Shown: positions 12,801 to 24,494, counted from the first letter of the stretch. The stretch is DNA of 64,000 bases from an uncultured delta proteobacterium (GCA_963845515.1 CAWJSR010000029.1:320001-384000), one strand, 5' to 3'. Notes: generated by a model from the letters alone, not told the origin. Numbers and translations are program-made.

Positions 12801-12881
12801 CGGCTTTCGGTCGGCCCTGGGACCACGTGGGTCCGGGCCTTTGCCTGCTCGCCTTTCGACGAGGTCGCTCTTGTCGTGCCG
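12801..12881 (-). ncRNA. GEMM-I (c-di-GMP-I family) riboswitch aptamer, A20 variant, predicted 3',3'-cGAMP sensor
   Basis: - strand: P1 CGGC-A-CG / CG-AAA-GCCG; J1/2 ACAAGA; P2 GC-GAC-CTCGTC-GAAA-GGCGAG-CAG-GC; J2/3 AAA; P3 GGCCC-GGACC-CACGT-GGTCC-CA-GGGCC; then GACCGAAA. Lies in the 5' UTR between promoter and ATG 12752. Confidence 0.8.
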
Positions 12882-12891
12882 TTTGGGGCCT

Positions 12892-12921
12892 ACACTCACC
12901 GCGAACTTCGCCCACTGTCAA
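12892..12921 (-). promoter_or_regulatory. Sigma70-like promoter of the riboswitch/Rhs operon
   Basis: Perfect TTGACA (12921-12916), 18 nt spacer, weak -10 GAGTGT (A-11 and T-7 kept); predicted start just 5' of the aptamer. Confidence 0.55.
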
Positions 12922-12936
12922 GCGCTGACTTGACCC

Positions 12937-12980
12937 CGCGTGACAAGCACGCGAAGTCCGAGGACTTTCCGTGTCACGCG
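12937..12980. repeat. Inverted repeat/hairpin (terminator-like or operator)
   Basis: CGCGTGACA...TGTCACGCG outer arms with inner AAGTCC-GA-GGACTT stem, just downstream of the Hsp70 operon. Confidence 0.45.
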
Positions 12981-13000
12981 CTTTCAGTGAACTGGAGCCC

Positions 13001-13810
13001 CTACCCCGCCCCGTGCGAGATCACTCCCTCGCCCAGGAGCGAGGCGAGGATCCGGGCGGTGTCGAGCCGGGGCAGGCCGGAGAGGGCGAAGAGGTCCTCG
13101 TAGTCCACCACCCCGTCGATCTGCGCGAGCAGGAAGCCGGCGCGGTGGTCCAGGTTCAGCCACATGACCTCCTCCGGCTTGATCGCGAGCCGGGGGACGT
13201 TGCTGAGCGGCTGGAGCTTCGACGCGTACATCGCGAAGAGGGTCGACTCGTTCTCCCGCAGGAACTCGCGCGCCTCCACGTGGTCGGGGGCGGTGAGCAG
13301 GATCTTCTCGATCAGCTCCAGCGAGCCGCTGAAGTCGCCGAGCCCGTGCAGCTCCCTGGCGGCCTGCATCAGCGTGGCGACCTCGCGCTGCCTTCCCTCC
13401 GGCACCTCCCGGGGCGGCGCCTGCGGGACGAGCGTCCGCAGCCCCGACTTCTCTTCCACTGCGTCCATGTCGAGCCCGCCACCGGAGTCGACGACGATGG
13501 TCGCCACCGCCGACGGACCGTCCTCCCACGGCGCCGGCGCGTACTGGTCCTCCTCCCTCTTCACAGGGGCGGAGGCGGGCGGCTTCGGCGCCGCAGGGGC
13601 CGCCGGTGGCGCCTTCGCGGAGAAGGCCGGCATCGTGCCGGGGACCGGGGTCATCCCGGCGGTGCCGCCCGTCAGGAGCGCCATGAACGAGCGGATGCGC
13701 GGGTTGGCGGGGTCGATCTTGCGCGCCTCGCGCAGGATGACGAGCGCGTCGGCGAGCCTCCCCTCGCGGTACGCCGCCATCGCGCGGTTGAGGATGTCGT
13801 CGACGACCAC
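13001..13810 (-). CDS. Conserved myxobacterial TPR-containing protein with wHTH-like C-terminus
   Basis: Two TPR-like helical pairs, Pro/Ala linker, C-terminal 'LNLDHRAGFLLAQIDGVVDYEDLFALSGLPRLDTARIL'. Confidence 0.65.
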   Translation of the reverse strand: MVVDDILNRAMAAYREGRLADALVILREARKIDPANPRIRSFMALLTGGTAGMTPVPGTMPAFSAKAPPAAPAAPKPPASAPVKREEDQYAPAPWEDGPSAVATIVVDSGGGLDMDAVEEKSGLRTLVPQAPPREVPEGRQREVATLMQAARELHGLGDFSGSLELIEKILLTAPDHVEAREFLRENESTLFAMYASKLQPLSNVPRLAIKPEEVMWLNLDHRAGFLLAQIDGVVDYEDLFALSGLPRLDTARILASLLGEGVISHGAG

Positions 13811-13813
13811 GCC

Positions 13814-15678
<1,865 letters not shown>

Positions 15679-15682
<4 letters not shown>

Positions 15683-16662
15683 CGCAGGAAGCCCATTATC
15701 CCCTTGAGCTTCTTGAGCCGCGCGCGGGCCGTCTCGAGGGCGGGGTCGAGCTCCAGCGCCCGCTCCAGCGACCTGCGCGCCTCGTCCTTGCGCCCCTCCG
15801 CCTCGAGCGCGACGCCGAGCGCCTCGTGGGCCCCGCCTGAGCGAGGCGAGCTCCTCACGGCGGCCTCGGCGAACTGGCGCGCGGCCTCTACGGCGGAGAC
15901 GTCCATGGCGATCCTCGACGCCCGCAGGAGGGTCTTCTGGTTCTGGGGCTCGGCCTCGACGGCGGCCCGGAGCGCCTCCACCGCGCTGTCGCGGTGGCCC
16001 GAGAGTGATGCCTTGACCGCCCTCTCGATCGCCTCGTTCGCGCGGCCGGCGTTCGCCTTGGCGCGCGCCTCGTTGGCCAGCTGCTTCGCCTCGACGTGGT
16101 TCGCGTCCATCCCCAGGACGGTGAAGAAGTCGTTGGCCGCCGCCGAGAAGCGCCCCTCCGCGACGGCCGCCTTGCCGCGCTGGAGCAGCTCGGCCACCCG
16201 CTGTGCCCGCTGCAGGCTCTGGCCCACGAGCGGGTTCGACCGGGCCAGCCGCGCGCGCCGCTCGTCAGCGCGCTTCTCGTCCTCGACGCGGCGGAGCTGC
16301 GCCTTCGCCTTCTCCTCCGGAGGCGCGGACTCTGCCTGGTAGGCGGCTCGGCGGACCTCGTCGCACAGGACGTCCTTCGCGATGGTGAGCTTCCTGAAGA
16401 TCCGCTCGAGCCGCCCGCGGTAGGTGCCGAGCCTCTTCCCGGCGTAACGGTCCGGGTGGAAGATCTTCACCCTGGCGACGTAGGCAGCCCTCGCCTCCTC
16501 CGCGGTCGCGCCCCACTTCAGGCCGAGCACGGCGTAGTGGCTGCCGTTCGCCGCCAGCGACTCTGCGAAGAGGATCTCCTTGCGCAGGCGGACGTCGAGG
16601 TCGACGTCCTCGCCGAGGTCCGCCGGATTGAACACGAATCCCTTGAATAGATCGTCCGACAA
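15679..16662 (-). CDS. J-domain plus TPR co-chaperone
   Basis: HYAVLGL...KIFHPDRY (HPD motif) followed by TPR repeats; ATGA overlap with Hsp70. Confidence 0.85.
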
Positions 16663-16739
16663 GCAGCCTTCCCCCGGTCCCCGTCGAGATTAGTAGGGGG
16701 CATGGGAGGGGGTCAACGGCTTCGGGTCCAGCCGCCGCC

Positions 16740-17670
16740 TTATCGGCCCGCCAGGAGCAGCTCCAGCAGCGCCTTCTGGCCGTGCAGCCTGTTCTCCGCC
16801 TCGTCCCAGGCGGCCGACTGGGGCCCCTCCAGCACCGACTCGGAGATCTCCTCGCCCCTGTGCGCCGGGAGGCAGTGGAGGACGATCGCCTCGGGCCGCG
16901 CCAGCTTCAGCAGGGCGTCGTCGACGATGAAGCCCGTGAACTTCTGCTTACGGACCTCCGCCTCGCCCTCCTGCCCCATCGACGCCCACACGTCGGTGTT
17001 CAGGACATGGGCTCCCCTGGCCGCCTCCCCTGGATCGCGCACGATCCGGGCCCGGCCGCGGCACGCCGCGAGGAGCGCCGCGTCCGGATCGTACCCCTCG
17101 GGGCAGGCGAGCCTGAGCCCGAAGCCGAGGATGGCGCAGGCCTCGAGCCACGAGTTGGCCATGTTGTTGCCGTCGCCGATCCAGGCGATCTCCAGCCCCC
17201 GCTTCACGAGCGCGTCGACGCCGAACCGCTCGCGAACGGTCAGACAGATCCGCGAGCAGCTGGCAGGGGTGGCTCGAGTCGGTGAGCGCGTTGATCACCG
17301 GGACGTCGGCGTAGCGCGCGATCTCCTCGATCTTGGAGTGCTCGAAGGTCCGGACCACCAGGCAGTCGACGTAGCGCGCCAGCACCCGCGCGGTGTCCTT
17401 GATCGGCTCGCCGCGCCCGAGCTGCATGTCGCGCGGCGACAGCATGAGCGACCCCGCCCCGAGGTGCTGCGCGGCCACCTCGAAGGAGACGCGGGTGCGC
17501 GTGGAGGCCTTCTCGAAGATGAGCGCCACCACCTTCCGCTCCAGCGGGCGTGGCCCGCCGCTGCCCAGGAGCTTCCACTCCGCTGCGCGCTCCAGCAGCT
17601 CCAGCAGCTCGTCGCGGTCGAGATCGGTGAGGCGGAGGAAGTCGCGCTGCGGCGGCACGGTTCGGGCCAT
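16740..17670 (-). CDS. argF: Ornithine carbamoyltransferase (extra base near 17244)
   Basis: FEKASTRTRVSF, HPCQ, GDGNN, DVWASMG, HCLPAHRGEE; removing one base restores LADL-LTVRERFG. Confidence 0.93.
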
Positions 17671-17686
17671 GACGTTCGCTCGTGGT

Positions 17687-18892
17687 TCAGTGGTGGGCAG
17701 GCGCCGCCGCCAGGGCTGCGCCCAGCCGCTCGACGGCCAGGTCGGCGTCGGCGGAGGTGAGGTTCAGAGGCGGGGCGAGCCTGAGCACGCCGTCGCCGAT
17801 GGCGTTCACGAGGAGCCCGCGGTCGCGCGCCCCCGTCATCACCTCGGCGGCGTTCACGCCCTCCAGGAGGACGGCGAGCAGCATTCCCCGGCCGCGGACC
17901 CCGGTCACCCGCCCGCCGGCCCTCAGCCGGTCGAGCCCGGCGACGAGCCCGGCCGAGGTCTCCAGTGAGCGCGCGATGACGCCCCCCGTCATTTCGCTGA
18001 GCACGGCCAACCCCACGGCGCAGGCCAGGGGGTTGCCGCCGAACGTGCAGCCGTGGCTGCCGGGCGTGAGATGCGTGCCGACCTCCTCGGTGGCCAGCAT
18101 CGCCCCGATCGGGAAGCCGCTGCCGAGCCCCTTGGCGACCGACATGAGGTCCGGTGCGATGCCGTCCCACTCGTGGGCCCACATCTTGCCGGTCCGACCC
18201 ACGCCCGTCTGGACCTCGTCGACGCAGAGCAGGACGCCCTTCTTCCGCGTCAACTCCCGGACCGCACGCAGATAGCCCTCGGGCGGCGTCACGACTCCCG
18301 ACTCGCCGAGGATCGGCTCCACGATGAACGCCGCGGTCCGCTCGGTGAGCGCGGCCTCGAGCGCGGCGACGTCGCCGAAGGGGATGTGGCGGATGCCAGG
18401 CACCAGCGGCTCGAAGCCGTGCTGGTATTTCGGCTGGCCGCCGACCGACACGGCGAAGAGCGTCCGTCCATGGAAGGAGTCGACGCAGGCGACGATCTCG
18501 TGCCGCTCGGGCCTCCCCTGGTCCGAGAAGTACTTGCGGGCCGTCTTGAGCATCACCTCGTTCGCCTCGGCACCGCTGTTGCAGAAGAAGGCGCGCGAGG
18601 CCCAGGGCGTGACGGCGAGGAGCGCCTCGGCCAACTCCACCTGCCGTTCGATGAAGTAGTGGTTCGAGGTGTGCCAGATCGCGTGGGCCTGCAGCTCGAG
18701 CGCACGCACCATCGCGGGGTGGCAGTGGCCGAGCGCGCTCACCGCCGCGCCCCCGAAGAAGTCGAGGTACTCCTTGCCGTCCGCGTCCCATACGCGCACG
18801 CCCTCGCCGCGCACGAACGTGACGGGCTGCTGCTTGTAGTTGGGCGTCAGGACCTTCTGGGCCCGCTGGGCGATCGCTTCGTTGCCGCTCAT
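17687..18892 (-). CDS. argD: Acetylornithine aminotransferase
   Basis: NSGAEANE, FHGRT, DEVQTGVGRTG, AKGLG, HGCTFGGNP; adjacent to argF. Confidence 0.92.
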   Translation of the reverse strand: MSGNEAIAQRAQKVLTPNYKQQPVTFVRGEGVRVWDADGKEYLDFFGGAAVSALGHCHPAMVRALELQAHAIWHTSNHYFIERQVELAEALLAVTPWASRAFFCNSGAEANEVMLKTARKYFSDQGRPERHEIVACVDSFHGRTLFAVSVGGQPKYQHGFEPLVPGIRHIPFGDVAALEAALTERTAAFIVEPILGESGVVTPPEGYLRAVRELTRKKGVLLCVDEVQTGVGRTGKMWAHEWDGIAPDLMSVAKGLGSGFPIGAMLATEEVGTHLTPGSHGCTFGGNPLACAVGLAVLSEMTGGVIARSLETSAGLVAGLDRLRAGGRVTGVRGRGMLLAVLLEGVNAAEVMTGARDRGLLVNAIGDGVLRLAPPLNLTSADADLAVERLGAALAAAPAHH

Positions 18893-18977
18893 CGGTCGCT
18901 CATAGCAGCGGCGAAGCCGCGGTGTAAAGATCCTTGCCCTGCGCCAGGTGGCGCGAAGGCCGCCGCGCCGCGGCCGG

Positions 18978-19916
18978 TCACGGCCTCGTCCCCCCGCGCT
19001 TCGCCCGCGGGTGCGCGTCGTCGTAGACCGCCGCGAGCCGCTTCCAGTCCACGTGCGTGTAGCGCTGCGTCGTGGAGAGCGAGGCGTGCCCGAGCAGCTC
19101 CTGGATCCCGCGCAGGTCGGCGCCGTTCGACAACAGATGCGTGGCGAAGCTGTGGCGCAGCACGTGCGGGTGGACGTGGCGCGGCAGCCCGGCCTCGAGC
19201 ACCCAGCGATCGATCCTGCGCGCGATCGAGCGGGTCGTGATCCGCCCGCCGCGGTGGTTCAGGAAGAGCGCGCGCTCCGCCCCTGCGTGCGCTGGCCCCG
19301 CGGCGAGCACCGGGCGCCCCTCCTCCAGCCACGCGCCCAGGGCGGCGGCGGCCGGGCGGCCGAAGGGGACGATCCGCTCCTTGCGGCGCTTGCCGAGGAC
19401 GCGCGCCAGGCGCTGGTCGAGATCGACGTCCGCCACGTCCAGCCCCACCAGCTCGGCGACGCGCAGCCCGCTCCCGTAGAGCAGCTCCAGGAAGGCGTGG
19501 TCACGGAGCGCGAGCGGAGCCCCGAACGCGGCGGGGGCCTCCATGAGCGCCGCGGCGTCCTCCTCCGGGAGGACGACCGGCAGCCGCTTCGGCTGCTTCG
19601 GACTGACCACGGCGCGGGCGGGGTTCTGCTCGGCGAGCCCCTCGCGGACGAGGAAGCGGTAGAGCGAGCGGAGCGAGGAGAGCTTCCGCGCGATGCTGGT
19701 GGCGCCGGCGTCGGCCGACGCCCGCGCGAGGAAGGCCCGGATGGCGACCGGCGAGCCGGGCAGCAGGGCGTGGCCCGTCTCGGACAGCCACGCAGCGTAC
19801 TGTCCGAGATCACCGAGGTAGCCCTTGACCGTGTGCGGAGAAGCGCGCTGCTCGACCTCCAGGTAGCGCGCGAAGCGCTGGATCTCCTGCGGAAGGCTCG
19901 TGAGCTCCAGGGGCAC
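18978..19916 (-). CDS. xerC: Tyrosine recombinase XerC
   Basis: GLRVAEL, GKRRKER, HPHVLRHSFATHLL, LLGHASLSTTQRY; topA-trmFO-xerC synteny. Confidence 0.9.
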   Translation of the reverse strand: MPLELTSLPQEIQRFARYLEVEQRASPHTVKGYLGDLGQYAAWLSETGHALLPGSPVAIRAFLARASADAGATSIARKLSSLRSLYRFLVREGLAEQNPARAVVSPKQPKRLPVVLPEEDAAALMEAPAAFGAPLALRDHAFLELLYGSGLRVAELVGLDVADVDLDQRLARVLGKRRKERIVPFGRPAAAALGAWLEEGRPVLAAGPAHAGAERALFLNHRGGRITTRSIARRIDRWVLEAGLPRHVHPHVLRHSFATHLLSNGADLRGIQELLGHASLSTTQRYTHVDWKRLAAVYDDAHPRAKRGGTRP

Positions 19917-19981
19917 GTGTCGACGTTAACCCCGGTCGCCGCGCGCGGCGAGTTCCAGGTTCCCGGTCGCGGCCACCGGAC

Positions 19982-21556
19982 TCACGGCTCTGCGACGTAG
20001 ACGCCGGCCCGCTTCGGCGCGATGACCGCGTAGCCGACGCGCCTGGAGTCCGGTCCGAGGAAGCGCGCGCTCCCGGGCAGCACCCGCTGGTCGACGCGGA
20101 GCAGCTTCCCGCCCTGCCAGACTGCGATGTCGAGCGCCTGGCTGTCCGTTCGCTGCCAGCCCACCAGGAGACGCGAGGGGTCCCGCGGGTCGAACTCGAA
20201 GCTCTTCATCCCCTGCGCGATCAGCTCCGGCTTCGCGTCCTTCTGGAGCCCCGCCGCCGGCACACGCTCGAGCTCGCACCCCTCCCCGTTCCGCGTGCAG
20301 CGGGTCCTGTAGTAGAGCCACTTCGAGTCTGGGGAGAAGGCGAAGCCGAAGACCCCCTGCGCGACGGTCGCCGGCGCCGTTCCCGCCGGCGCTCCGAGCG
20401 CGGCGAGGCCGAGGTCGACCGAGTAGCCGCCACGGGTGGTGTGCTGCAGGAACGCCACGAAGTTGCCGTCGGGGGAGAGGTCGAAGTCGGTGATGTTCTT
20501 CCCGAAGGTCAGGCGCGCCGTCCCCGGTCCGCCCACCCCGAGCACTCCGGAGCGGACGCGCGGATCGTACGCCTCCAGCCACGCGACGCGCGGCGCCTTC
20601 GCCGCCCAGCGAAAGTCGCCGACCTCCTTCGCGCCTCGCGCGGCGAGCTTCCCGGGCTCCGCGAGGTAGAGGCTCCCCTGCTTCCCGGGCGAGACGTCGC
20701 CGAGGTACGCGAGCGTGTGGCCGTCCGGGGCGAAGGCGAAGCTGACGACGCCGGAGCCGAGCCGCACGTCCAGGAGCCCCTTCTCGAGGGCGAAGAAGTG
20801 CAGCTCGGCCCCCCCCTTGCCCTCGGCCGTGTACGCGAGCCTGCCCCCGGAGCCCGAGAACCCGTAGTCGGCGACGCGCTCCGTCACGGCGGTCTCTGCC
20901 GGCGTCAGCGCGCAGTCGACGACGAGCAGCTGCCCGCCCGCCTCCCTGGAGCGGCGCGCCGCGAGGCGAAGGGCGGAGCCGTCCCGCCCGGCCCCCGGAC
21001 AGGCCGCCGGCCCGAAGTCGAAGCTGGCCACCCCGACGGCGCCCTCCACCTCGCGGGGCGCCTCCTCGCCCGGCAGGAGGACCGAGAGCTTCCCCGCCGA
21101 CACGAAGCCCAGCTCCCCCGCGGGGCCGAAGCCGTGGAAGGTGACGTCGCGCGCCAGCTCGCGTGCGGCTCCATCGCGCCAGAGCACCAGCGTGCCGGTC
21201 CCCGCCGCGTAGTCGTAGTCGGCGAGCGCGGCGAGGGTCGCCCCGGAGCGAGACCACGAGAGCCCCTGTGGCAGCGTCGTCACCGCCCCCGCGATGCGGG
21301 ACGCGCTTCCTCCCGCCGCGGGCGCGACCCTCAGGTCGCAGTTGGCGGTGCCGGGCGGCAGGAACTGGCCGCGGGCGACGCGGCAGCCGTCGAGCCACGC
21401 CAGCCGCGCGCCGTCCGCCGACGGCAGCATCGCCCGCACCTCCCCGGCCGCGACCTGCCGGCCGATCCCCTCCGCCTTTGCGGGTGGCTCCGTGCCGCTG
21501 GTGCAGGCGGCGAGGAGGGCGAGGACGATCGCAGTGCGGAGAGATCGCCCCCTCAC
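19982..21556 (-). CDS. aglU: TolB-like beta-propeller lipoprotein (AglU-like); alternative start ATG 21616
   Basis: LALLAA-C lipobox; repeated F(A/S)(F/P)SPDG..(L/V)AY PD40 motifs; position beside trmFO/xerC as I recall for myxobacterial aglU. Confidence 0.6.
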   Translation of the reverse strand: MRGRSLRTAIVLALLAACTSGTEPPAKAEGIGRQVAAGEVRAMLPSADGARLAWLDGCRVARGQFLPPGTANCDLRVAPAAGGSASRIAGAVTTLPQGLSWSRSGATLAALADYDYAAGTGTLVLWRDGAARELARDVTFHGFGPAGELGFVSAGKLSVLLPGEEAPREVEGAVGVASFDFGPAACPGAGRDGSALRLAARRSREAGGQLLVVDCALTPAETAVTERVADYGFSGSGGRLAYTAEGKGGAELHFFALEKGLLDVRLGSGVVSFAFAPDGHTLAYLGDVSPGKQGSLYLAEPGKLAARGAKEVGDFRWAAKAPRVAWLEAYDPRVRSGVLGVGGPGTARLTFGKNITDFDLSPDGNFVAFLQHTTRGGYSVDLGLAALGAPAGTAPATVAQGVFGFAFSPDSKWLYYRTRCTRNGEGCELERVPAAGLQKDAKPELIAQGMKSFEFDPRDPSRLLVGWQRTDSQALDIAVWQGGKLLRVDQRVLPGSARFLGPDSRRVGYAVIAPKRAGVYVAEP

Positions 21557-21586
21557 CCTGCCCTCTCCCCCGGTGGGGGAGAGGGG
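21549..21586. repeat. REP-like palindrome, copy 1
   Basis: CCCCTCACCCTG-CCCTCTCCCCC-GGT-GGGGGAGAGGG, 11-bp stem; second copy at 48777. Confidence 0.75.
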
Positions 21587-21597
21587 AAGCTGTGGGT

Positions 21598-22914
21598 TCA
21601 CGCAGGATCGATCCACGGCAGGATCTCCTTTCGGGCGCGCTCGGCGTGGGCCTCCTTGCGCGCCGCCTTGCCCCGATGACGCCCGTCGAGCGGCGGGAAG
21701 AGTGCGTAGACTACGTTGGTGGGCTGGTAGTCGTAGCCGGGCGGATGGGCCTCACCGGTCAGGTGGCGGTGGAGCGCGCCGATGGCCGTCGCGGCGGGCG
21801 GGGGCCGGAACGCCCGCCCCGCCAGCCGGTCGAGGATGGCGCGGGCCGCCAGCAGGCCGCACGCCGCCGACTCGACGTACCCCTCCACGCCCGTGAGCTG
21901 GCCTGCCAGGAAGAGGTGCGGCCGCTCCCGCAGCGAGAGATCGGGGGCGAGGACGCGGGGGGCGTCGACGAAGGTGTTCCGGTGAACCTGTCCCAGCCGC
22001 TGGAACTCGGCCCGCGCCAGCCCCGGGATCAGCTCGCTGAAGACGCGGCGCTGCTCCGGCCAGGTGAGCCTCGTCTGGAACCCGACGAGGTTCCAGGCGG
22101 TCCCCGCCGCGTCCTCGCGCCGCAGCTGGACCACGGCGAAGGGGCGCCTCCCTGTCCGCGGGTCCTCGAGCCCCATCGGCTTCATGGGGCCGTACGCCAG
22201 CGTCTCCGGGCCTCGCTCCGCCATCACCTCTATCGGGAGGCAGCCGTCGAAGTAGCGCGGCTCCTCGAACTCGTGCGGCTTCACCTTCTCGCCCGAGAGC
22301 AGCGCCGCCACGAAGGCCCGGTACTGCGCCTCGTCGAAGGGAAGGTTGAGGTAGTCGTCACCCTCGCCCTTCCCGTAGCGCGACCGCGCGTAGGCGATCG
22401 ACATGTCGATCGAGTCGCCGGAGACGATGGGGGCGATCGCGTCGTAGAAGTGCAGCCCCGCGCCGGCCACCTGCCCGAGCGCCTCGGCGAGCGGCGCTGA
22501 CGTCAGCGGCCCCGTCGCCAGCAGCGCGAGCCCGGGCCCCTCCGGCAGCGCCGTCAGCTCCCGCCGGGTGACCCGCACGAGGGAGGAGCCCTCCAGCCTG
22601 GCGGTGACCTCGCGCGAGAAGCGCGCCCGGTCCACCGCGAGCGCGTCGCCCGCTGCGACCCGCGTCGCGTCGGCGGCGCCGAGGACGAGGCTGCCGAGCC
22701 GGCGCAGCTCCTCGTGCAGCAGCCCGACGGCGTTCGCCGGGTTGTCGGAGCGGAGCGAGTTGGAGCAGACCAGCTCGGCGAGGTCGCCGCTCTCGTGGGC
22801 CGGGGAGCGCACGTCCGGCCTCATCTCCAGCAGGTCGACGCCCACTCCCGCGCGCGCGAGCTGCCATGCAGCTTCGCTGCCGGCCAGCCCGCCCCCGATG
22901 ACCGTCACCCTCAT
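21598..22914 (-). CDS. trmFO: tRNA (uracil-54) methyltransferase TrmFO (Gid)
   Basis: [43 protein letters not shown]. Confidence 0.95.
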   Translation of the reverse strand: MRVTVIGGGLAGSEAAWQLARAGVGVDLLEMRPDVRSPAHESGDLAELVCSNSLRSDNPANAVGLLHEELRRLGSLVLGAADATRVAAGDALAVDRARFSREVTARLEGSSLVRVTRRELTALPEGPGLALLATGPLTSAPLAEALGQVAGAGLHFYDAIAPIVSGDSIDMSIAYARSRYGKGEGDDYLNLPFDEAQYRAFVAALLSGEKVKPHEFEEPRYFDGCLPIEVMAERGPETLAYGPMKPMGLEDPRTGRRPFAVVQLRREDAAGTAWNLVGFQTRLTWPEQRRVFSELIPGLARAEFQRLGQVHRNTFVDAPRVLAPDLSLRERPHLFLAGQLTGVEGYVESAACGLLAARAILDRLAGRAFRPPPAATAIGALHRHLTGEAHPPGYDYQPTNVVYALFPPLDGRHRGKAARKEAHAERARKEILPWIDPA

Positions 22915-23020
22915 CCCAGAACCCATTCGTGTCCCGTCTTGCCACTCCCCGCAGCTCAGCCGTGGGGTTAGGCTTACTCTACAGGCATGTAGTCCCGTCC
23001 GCCGACCGAAGGAGCCGACC

Positions 23021-23389
23021 GTGCGTGCTGAAGACCTCGCGGCGATGAGGAGCGAGCTGAACCGGCGGCGCGGTCTCGTGCTCGAGACCGCTCGCCGCAC
23101 CGACGCCGAGATGGAGGGGCTCCGTCAATCCAGCTCCAGCGCAGAGGTCGAGGAGGCGGCGCGCGTCAGGAGCGACGAGGACGCGCTCCTGAAGCTCGGC
23201 GAAGCGGAGCGGCTCGAGCTCGCGCGGATCCAGGCGGCCCTGGCGCGGATCGACGAGGGGAGCTACGGCGGCTGCGCGGACTGTGGAGAGGAGATCGAGG
23301 CGCGACGGCTCCAGGCCCTCCCTCACGCCCTCCGCTGCCAGGGCTGCGAGGAGAGCCGCGAGCGCACTACTCGCTCTTCATCACCATGA
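23021..23389 (+). CDS. DksA/TraR-family C4 zinc-finger protein
   Basis: GTG after [43 protein letters not shown]. Confidence 0.85.
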   Translation: MRAEDLAAMRSELNRRRGLVLETARRTDAEMEGLRQSSSSAEVEEAARVRSDEDALLKLGEAERLELARIQAALARIDEGSYGGCADCGEEIEARRLQALPHALRCQGCEESRERTTRSSSP

Positions 23390-23960
23390 ACTTGTACTCG
23401 CCGAGCTCCGCCTGGCCGGCGGTGTACAGGACCTCCATGAGCGTCCGGTAGGGGATCCGCCTGTCCGCCACGACGTTGACGCGCCCGGTGAAGGGCGCGG
23501 CCTTGTTGAACTGGGCGATGTACTTCTGCTTGTCGACTTCCTTCTTGAGCGCGTCGTAGACCGCCGCGATGTAGAAGCTGTCGGCCTTGCCGCCATCCTT
23601 CACTGCCGCCGGGACGATCCCGTCCCGGATCTCGACGACGCGGCGCTCGCCGACCAGGATCTCCTTCATCGAGATCGTGAGGCCGACGTTGTCCTGCGGG
23701 ACGAGCTGAGTGTTCGACACCGGGACGGTCAGGTCGGCCGTCATGGTCACGTTGACCGTGGACGCCTGGTAGGACTTGAGGAGGAACACCAGGATGATGG
23801 TCATCATGTCCATCATCGCGGTGATGTTCAGCTCGGAGACCTCGCCCTCGGCGGCGCGGGCCTTGCGCTTCGCCCGTCGGTAGGCCCGGCTCGCCTTCTC
23901 CCTGGCGAGCTCCTCGGGGGTGGGGGCGGCGTCCTGGTCAGGACCGGAGGTCATGGGCAC
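23367..23960 (-). CDS. ExbD/TolR-family protein (AglS-like)
   Basis: ELNITAMMDMMTIILVFLLKS transmembrane helix with conserved Asp; VADRRIPY. Confidence 0.85.
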   Translation of the reverse strand: MPMTSGPDQDAAPTPEELAREKASRAYRRAKRKARAAEGEVSELNITAMMDMMTIILVFLLKSYQASTVNVTMTADLTVPVSNTQLVPQDNVGLTISMKEILVGERRVVEIRDGIVPAAVKDGGKADSFYIAAVYDALKKEVDKQKYIAQFNKAAPFTGRVNVVADRRIPYRTLMEVLYTAGQAELGEYKFMVMKSE

Positions 23961-24494
23961 TCACCCCACCAACGAGAGGGAGACGTCGAAGAAGAGCGGC
24001 TTGCGCTCACTGGTACCGTCCGGGAGCTTCGAGACGTACTCCCGGCACGCGTCCATCGTCTGGATCAGCGTCTCGTAGATCACGTCGGCGTCGGCCGAGA
24101 GGATGACCTGGGTCTCGGCCGGGAACTGGGCCTTGATCACCTTCATCTGCTCGGTGAGGGCGGCGAAGTCGTACCTGCCGTCCCTGAGCGGGATGGTGGG
24201 CGGCCGCGTGGTGTCCGCGGTGGACTGGTCTGCGCCGAGCACGCCGCCGGCGCCGGCGACGTAGAACCCCTGCTTGCCCACCGCGACCGTCAGCAGCAGC
24301 CGCGGCTTCTCCTCGGCGAGCCCACCGCCCGCGCTCTCCCCCGAGATCTTCGGGGCGGACACGTTCAGCACGCCGAGGCTGATGAGCCCCGCCATGCTGA
24401 GGAGGATGAACATGACGAGGTTCACCACGATGTCGAGGTACGGGACGATGTTCAGCTCGCCCGTGTGCTCGTGAACGTGGACTCGGCGCTTCAT
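23961..24494 (-). CDS. ExbD/TolR-family protein (AglQ-like)
   Basis: ELNIVPYLDIVVNLVMFIL; ILSADADVIYETLIQTMD. Confidence 0.85.
   Translation of the reverse strand: MKRRVHVHEHTGELNIVPYLDIVVNLVMFILLSMAGLISLGVLNVSAPKISGESAGGGLAEEKPRLLLTVAVGKQGFYVAGAGGVLGADQSTADTTRPPTIPLRDGRYDFAALTEQMKVIKAQFPAETQVILSADADVIYETLIQTMDACREYVSKLPDGTSERKPLFFDVSLSLVG

Noticed and set aside
12753..12960. Upstream extension of the lipoprotein ORF to GTG 12899
   Set aside because: The region is better explained as promoter plus riboswitch; ATG 12752 has an RBS and gives a proper signal peptide
18978..19916. Tyrosine recombinase as an island or phage integrase
   Set aside because: XerC motifs and topA-trmFO-xerC context; no att sites or phage genes seen
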